The position numbers were made by a program, and so were the translations under genes. From Vicugna vicugna (lineage: Eukaryota): a stretch of DNA of 64,000 nucleotides. Shown here one piece after another: positions 58,350 to 64,000 of the stretch. Each line of letters starts with the position of its first letter. Positions within the stretch are counted from its first letter, which is position 1. The notes under the pieces were generated by a model. That model saw nothing but the letters and a program-made list of their open reading frames with translations, was not told where the DNA came from and did no database searches. Where the stretch lies: the NCBI GenBank assembly GCA_013265495.1, contig MU058289.1, positions 2,167,451 through 2,231,450 of the forward strand, written 5' to 3'.

Positions 58350-58445
58350 TTGGGCACTCTCCCTTGTCAACACAGAACAGGCAGAAGTAAGGGCAAGGTG
58401 ATCAATGGTTTCCACACTAAACTGCCAAGATATCTTCACATGTAC
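58350..58445 (-). other. CEBPG: CEBPG exon 2 5' UTR segment, beginning at the splice acceptor
   Basis: The minus strand reads tttaatacaatttgtttttaactag|GTACATGTGAAG, a U-rich tract ending in AG 96 nt upstream of the ATG. This fits the known two-exon CEBPG structure with a non-coding exon 1. Confidence 0.85.
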
Positions 58446-60299
58446 CTAGTTAAAAACAAATTGTATTAAAATGTTTGAAATGACAAGATCAAATGAGATT
58501 AAACTTGCATGTACCTAACAGCAGGCAACATTAACTGATCATGTTGAGAAAAGTCTACAACTGCCAACTGTTCCAGTGTTTCAGAAGTCTAAGTCATTTA
58601 ATTCAGAGAGGTAAGTCAGTACAGATGCACCATAAAGCCAAATTCAACCCACCTGAATCCCTGAGGGTACTGCCCATCTGTGATTGTTAGCAAAAATGGG
58701 AGGGAAAAACAAAAGAATACCACTAATTACGTAGCACACATGAACTAACAGCACCTGGCAATCTGCAAGAGAGAAATTTGAGATGTTTGGTATAACGACA
58801 GCAAAGGTAAGTTCAATTACGATAGGAGAGACACCTGCAATACAAGGGGAAGAAAGTTTCCACTGTTGGTTCAAGTCAAAATAGAAGGCTGACGCAGAGC
58901 AGCCAGCCTCAGTACTCATAAGGAATACTGCACTGTGGTCTCTGCGTGTTTCTTGTTCTAATATGCAGAATGTGAGTCATCAAGGACATACCTTTATGGG
59001 ATACTTTGATTTTTTGCTTTATTTTTTTAATGCCCTCAAATGACAGTTTACAGAGATTTCCTCCGTTAGTTGCTTAGACCACAGATTTCAGAGCTCTGAG
59101 ATGCCCAGCTTGCTTCCCCATCCCATCGTGTTTCTAATACTGTTTTTTGATTCTGGACATATTTAATTAACACATCTAGACACAGTCAACCTAAAGCTAT
59201 AAGGAAAGAAAACAACCCAACGATGCATCCAGGGAAGTGCAAGCACCAGGACTCAGGCTAGACTACAAGACGGAGCAGCTGCAGCGCCTGCACCCACTTT
59301 ACGTTGCTCAAGGAGCACAGAGGAAATGCCAGTTCTGAGGGGTTCCTGTAGTGTTGCCTATAGAAATGAAGTCACAGTTTCAGGCACTAGTCATATCTGG
59401 ATTACTATGAATCCAACTAGGTCGCTACAACGCCTCAACATGTGTCAGAAGCATACCTATCCTACCATCATGAGGCCACTTCAAGACAAACTGCTAAGCT
59501 GGGTGAACTGTGTCCACCAAGAAGTCACAGCACTCTCGAAAATTGAGACAGCAGTGTTATTATGTTCTCTTTCCACAAAACTGCTAAAACTACATCAGTG
59601 GGAAAAAACCTGTAACCAGCATTATGAATTGCCTCAAATGAGTACGTCTCAGAGTTCTTAAGAAAAGCCCAGCTGGTCAACACCAGTAGCTTCACCCAAA
59701 CCTTTAACCAGGCATTTCGGTATAAACACTATTTACTGGTCTGCTTTTTAAAAAATCTTTGCTTTTAAAAAGGCCATATAACATTGCTTTCAATTAGTTT
59801 TCAAGCCACACAGGCAGCCCTGAGCTAGTGGGTCATCTGTTCTCACTCCAGCACTAAGGTGACACAGAAAGCTTCTTTCCAAATCATGATGGATATCTAC
59901 TCCAAGTCTATCTTCAGTAATGAACATTTCACAATTTCCCTTGATAATTTATCACGCTGCCAATTTTTTTCTTCCAGTTAAAAGTGGCTGTTCAGTATTA
60001 ATTTGAGCCACCCTTACCACTAATTGTTAGTGGCCCTCTACACTACTGCTTATCTGTTTGGTATAAAGTAAACTAAGTGTTTTACTCAGTTTTTAAGAAC
60101 CTGTTTGATTTAACACCTCTCCTGGGACTGTCTCAACAGTCATGATTAGGTTCATCTTATTCACCTTTTCTTATTTTTTCATATACCAATTATGTTTTTA
60201 ATCCTTAGAGCTAATCTCTGGTAAACTCAGAGATAACAATGATCCAAAGAGCGAACCAGTCAGCTCTTATCTTGGTTCAGGCTTCCCCCCGTTTCACTC

Positions 60300-60400
60300 T
60301 GGACGCAGCCCCTCCCTCCGTAGGCCTCGATTTCCCACTCCACAAATGAGGGACGTAAAATGATAAGATGCCTTCCGACGTTGACAATATACCATGGACT
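60300..60400 (+). mobile_element. Degraded MIR
   Basis: ccctccgtaggcctcgatttcccactccacaaatgaggg...gatgccttcc. Confidence 0.45.
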
Positions 60401-61044
60401 TTAGTCACTAAAAATTCTTATTACAGGCTCTAAATTACGTTCATGCCCATTTTTGCTCCCAAAGATACTGGAACAGGGAAGGGCTCTTTTATTTCAGTCT
60501 GACTCATCTTGCCGAGGTATGAGGTTGAACACAGTAGGCAAGGTTCTGAAAATGAGTCCTCTGGCTCGTAAAACAAAGAGTAATCATCAAACTGGTAAAA
60601 ATGTAAGAAAGGGAAACTTGGAAATAATTCCAAACAAAAAATTTTTTTTAAAACTTCCTCAACCAAACCCCAAGAAAGTAGCTCTTAAAGTGAAGAAATA
60701 TCCACCAAGGCAAATGAACCAAGTAAAGGGGGTCAAAGAGCTAAGTGGTCTAAGACTTAACTTCAAACAGATTATCAATTTTGTTTTTACATTGAGCAAA
60801 ATAGCTGCCTCCAAAAGTTACACATTTTACAGTTTACACAGTTATCCATGCTTTTGTTTCTTTCATAAACATTTACTGAATGGGCAAAAAAAGTTTATTT
60901 CAAATCTGGATATTCAACCATAAAGAAAATCTGGCTCCTACATGGACAAATACTATTCCAAAGTTCATTCTACAGGAAGCAGGGCAGCACCTTGTTTCCT
61001 TGCTGTGAATCATTCAAGCAGGAAGCAGGAGAAAAACCGAAGAC

Positions 61045-61221
61045 CAGTAGTTCTCAAAGTGTGGCCCCTGGACCAGCAGCAGCAACATCACTTTGTTAGA
61101 AAGGCGAATTCTCAGCCTGCCCCAGGTCTAGCAATCAGGAGCTCTATGAATAGGACTGAGCAATCTGGTTTTAATGGGACCTTCAAGTGATTCTGATGAC
61201 ACTGAAGTTTCAGACCCACTG
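61045..61221. mobile_element. MER5A (hAT-Charlie) DNA transposon, near full length
   Basis: cagtagttctcaaagtgtggcccctggaccagcagcagcaacatcac...ttgttagaaaggcgaattctc...gtgattctgatgacactgaagtttcagacccactg, with imperfect terminal inverted repeats CAGTAGTTCTCAAA / TTTCAGACCCACTG. Confidence 0.85.
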
Positions 61222-61729
61222 CTATAAATTAACCATGGATCTTAAGAAAGATGAGTAACAGAATGAGTAACACTTTTTAAATTCAAATTTCTTAATTCAA
61301 GTAATGTTCATTCAAATCAGCAACACACTAAAAACTCAGAACGTTAGAATAAGTAAAATCAAAATTTTCTCAAGTTTCCCTTGGAAAAATAAAACTTCTC
61401 AAGGATTTTCCTAATCCTCTTGTCATTTTTTCACGTATGTACAACCAGATATTCCCCATGTCCCCCAAAATAATTTAACTCAAATTTCCTCAGTGAAGGT
61501 CTACTCTCCAAAATATTCAGATACTTATTCCTTATACCAAATCTGTTCAATCACTGGTAGCTGACAGTTCTACCAACCCCCACAAAACACCTCACGTCCA
61601 TCACCCCTCTCCATCCCAAGGTCACAGAATTACCTTAGGCTGACATCATCTCTCAGGGGCACAGTCTCCTCTGCCTTAGCAGTGTTCCCTCCAACCACTG
61701 TCCCCAGAGCCATCTAACACTCAAACCTG

Positions 61730-62032
61730 AGTGCGTCACACCCTCTTACTGGAAATTCCTCTGTGGCTCCAGCATACAGGATCATCCAAGGTGTTAATCC
61801 TCTCTCCCTCCAGCCCCTGCTCCCTTTCACATCACACTTCAATACTGAACCACTATCAGTCCCCTAAACAGTCTGCGCTTTCTCTTTTCTTTGTGCTTCT
61901 GTCCAATTGTTTCCTAGTCAAAGCCAGCTCCATAGTGTGCTAACCTATAGAATGAGCTGGAGACAGGACTCTGTCTTCAGCTCCACATGCCCAGCATCTA
62001 GGGGTGGTGCTCAAGAAATGTGTTGAATGAAT
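61730..62032 (+). mobile_element. L2 LINE 3' region
   Basis: Ends tgcccagcatctaggggtggtgctcaagaaatgtgttgaatgaat (L2 terminus); the upstream sequence is pyrimidine-rich and L2-like. Confidence 0.7.
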
Positions 62033-63789
62033 ACAGGTTCAAAAGGATAAGAGAAAACATTGTTTTATAAATGTCTCAACATAAAAATGAGGATCCCTAA
62101 CATTAAAATCTCTTAAAACAACCGCAATTAAATCAAGAGTGTTACTCCATATGGTTTTAATACCTAAAGTTTTTTGTCTTTCTTGAAGGTGTACAGGAAA
62201 AGAAAAACGCAGTTCCACTGGCTAGTTCTAGTCTCCAGTTTATACAGTGAACATCATTCTTGTCTGGTCTTTGCTTCATTTTAGTTGAGAACCTTTATTT
62301 TCCACTTTGCCCAGTTACGTTTTCCATAACCACAAGTTCTTAGGCATGTGTTGCCAGGGTCTGACAACTCTGTACTACAAGTGAAGTCAAGGTGAGTAGT
62401 CAAAGTTAATAAGCACCTAAATGAGCAGGATTTGTATTTATCTGCCACTGCAGACTGCATGACCCAAACAACCCTTCAAGGAGTACATAAGTGGTCCATG
62501 GGAGTATGAGAAGAAAATGTATGCTCATTTGTCCTTCTTAAATGTCACTTTTTAATCTACTTTTGGTGTCATTTACAACACACACACACACAAATAGTAC
62601 ACACATACTGTTTATAAATATACATTTATCAGGGAGTCTTGCTCAATTCTTTCTCTTTTTAACTGACTGGTCTCCTGCCTTTCTGGCTTTCCAGACCTAC
62701 GTAACTATCAGTACAAGAACCCATGGAAACACACCCTCCCAAGAATACATAATAAACCTGGAATTGCGGCCACCTGCATTTACCATTTCTGTGATCAGGG
62801 GAGGCAATCTTAGGCCATAATGCTAAGTTCAGCTCCATGAGGTCCTATTTATCTTTACCCAGGGCTCACCTGGTGCTGTTTAAATCCCTAGGGATGAAAC
62901 CACCTCTTCAAGATCACACAACCATGCTGACAGTCATGATGTGCTCCTGAGAACTGAGAGGATATTCTGGAAAAAAATGAAGTTTTGCTTTCACCCATGT
63001 GTTTTAGGCAGATATTAAAATGACTAAATCAGCCAAATGCGCCTACCAGAAGCAGGAATCAATAAATTGAAAAATTCTTCAATTCACTAACATCTTGTAA
63101 TTATTTAGCCTGGTTTACACTAAATTTTCCAAAACAGCAAATCAACTTCAAGAATAGCTTATCCCAAATACCACTCAAGTGGTAACAGTTGAACAGATTT
63201 TACCTTTTAAATATCAAGGACTTTTCGATGCACGATTTCTTGGTAAAGCAAGCCTTGACAGTATCTTATTTCAAAAATGTATTTAAGCGTCCCATATCCT
63301 ATCTGAATTAACAGACAATCTCTTCAAATAAGGATCCAACTGAGTGTAGGCTGGGAGAGAGAACTAACAATTTTTGTGTAACCCACCAAACCCAATCTTT
63401 CTAAAAACTGACCCACTTTAAGATGACAGATTACAGCATAAACCTTAGACAAGAGGAAAGTCAAACAATTAAACCTTCTGAAGGATAAAAGCACACACGC
63501 TTACTTGGAAGACCAGATCATCCTTCCCCTCAAACATGCGTTTCCATCCTCTCCGTCTAGACACCTCTGCTGGCAATTTTCCTTACTGTGTTCCCTCCAA
63601 GCACGCTATCAAAGCACCTCATTTCTTGCCCTCCTCTTTTCTATTCAACTCGTGGTTGCTGCACTTTCATCCAACGTAATTCCAACAGTAAACTATAGGA
63701 TATACAAAGTACAGCTCCATTAATAAAAAAAGCACAATATTATTTCCGTAAAGTATTTAAAAACCAAGTTTTTTTCTCTGACTACTTCT

Positions 63790-64000
63790 CTATTAATTCC
63801 TCAACAAGATTCCCGACTGCCCGACACCGGGCAGTTCTGGAGGGGCAGGAAATAATCCAGGTGGCACTCGAGTAAGATACGGTCCACCTTCTGCTATTCT
63901 GGGAACACCCTTTATCCCTAGGGGCCAATACGAGCCTGGCGTGTCACACTGCACGTTGCACAAACAGGGCCGGGTTCTGGAGGGGGCATAGCCGGCGCGC
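63790..64000 (-). promoter_or_regulatory. Edge of the CpG-rich region around CEBPG exon 1 / promoter
   Basis: CpG and GC density rise over the last ~200 nt (ending gccggcgcgc), ~5.5 kb upstream of exon 2, which is about the expected intron 1 length. Exon 1 itself was not identified. Confidence 0.5.

Noticed and set aside
57903-58439. 178-aa version of CEBPG from the ORF track
   Set aside because: Its start is a GTG. The protein matching known C/EBP gamma begins at the ATG at 58349. The extension is kept only as a hypothesis in the findings.
63497-63508. Minus-strand donor-like CAA|GTAAGC as the end of a CEBPG first exon
   Set aside because: Not in the CpG-rich part and no supporting promoter features; exon 1 cannot be placed from this window.

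Overview
Mammalian genomic DNA, probably a camelid: there is one tRNA-Ala-derived vic-1-like SINE, and I saw no Alu, Bov-A/B, PRE-1 or CAN-SINE. Two protein-coding genes lie tail-to-tail. (1) On the + strand is the 3' half of PEPD (prolidase, Xaa-Pro dipeptidase): six GT-AG exons of 69/78/149/185/192/138 nt at 28019-51521, matching human exons 10-15 and residues ~224-493. All five metal ligands are intact, and the poly(A) signal is at 51902. Bases 1-28018 are inferred to be the downstream part of the long intron 9. (2) On the - strand is CEBPG (C/EBP gamma): its coding exon 2 (acceptor at 58445, CDS 58349-57903, 148 aa), a ~3 kb AU-rich 3' UTR (likely PAS at 54930-54935) and most of intron 1. 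Exon 1 is probably at or just beyond the right edge. The rest is ancient repeat debris (MIR, L2, L1M, MLT1, MER5A), microsatellites, a 132-nt N gap, and several AT-rich, motif-dense islands inside GC-rich PEPD introns. Almost all ORFs in the supplied track are chance ORFs in GC-rich intron. I cannot demonstrate a new biological system here. The best leads are a possible stress-response control set on CEBPG (an AUG-UGA start-stop element, in-frame GUG codons, a weak main AUG, and a C/EBP-ATF element just 3' of the stop codon), cryptic splice sites predicting catalytically dead PEPD isoforms, and candidate enhancers/CTCF sites in PEPD introns that may serve the CEBPG/CEBPA locus. Repeat boundaries, repeat family calls and motif calls were made by eye and are approximate.
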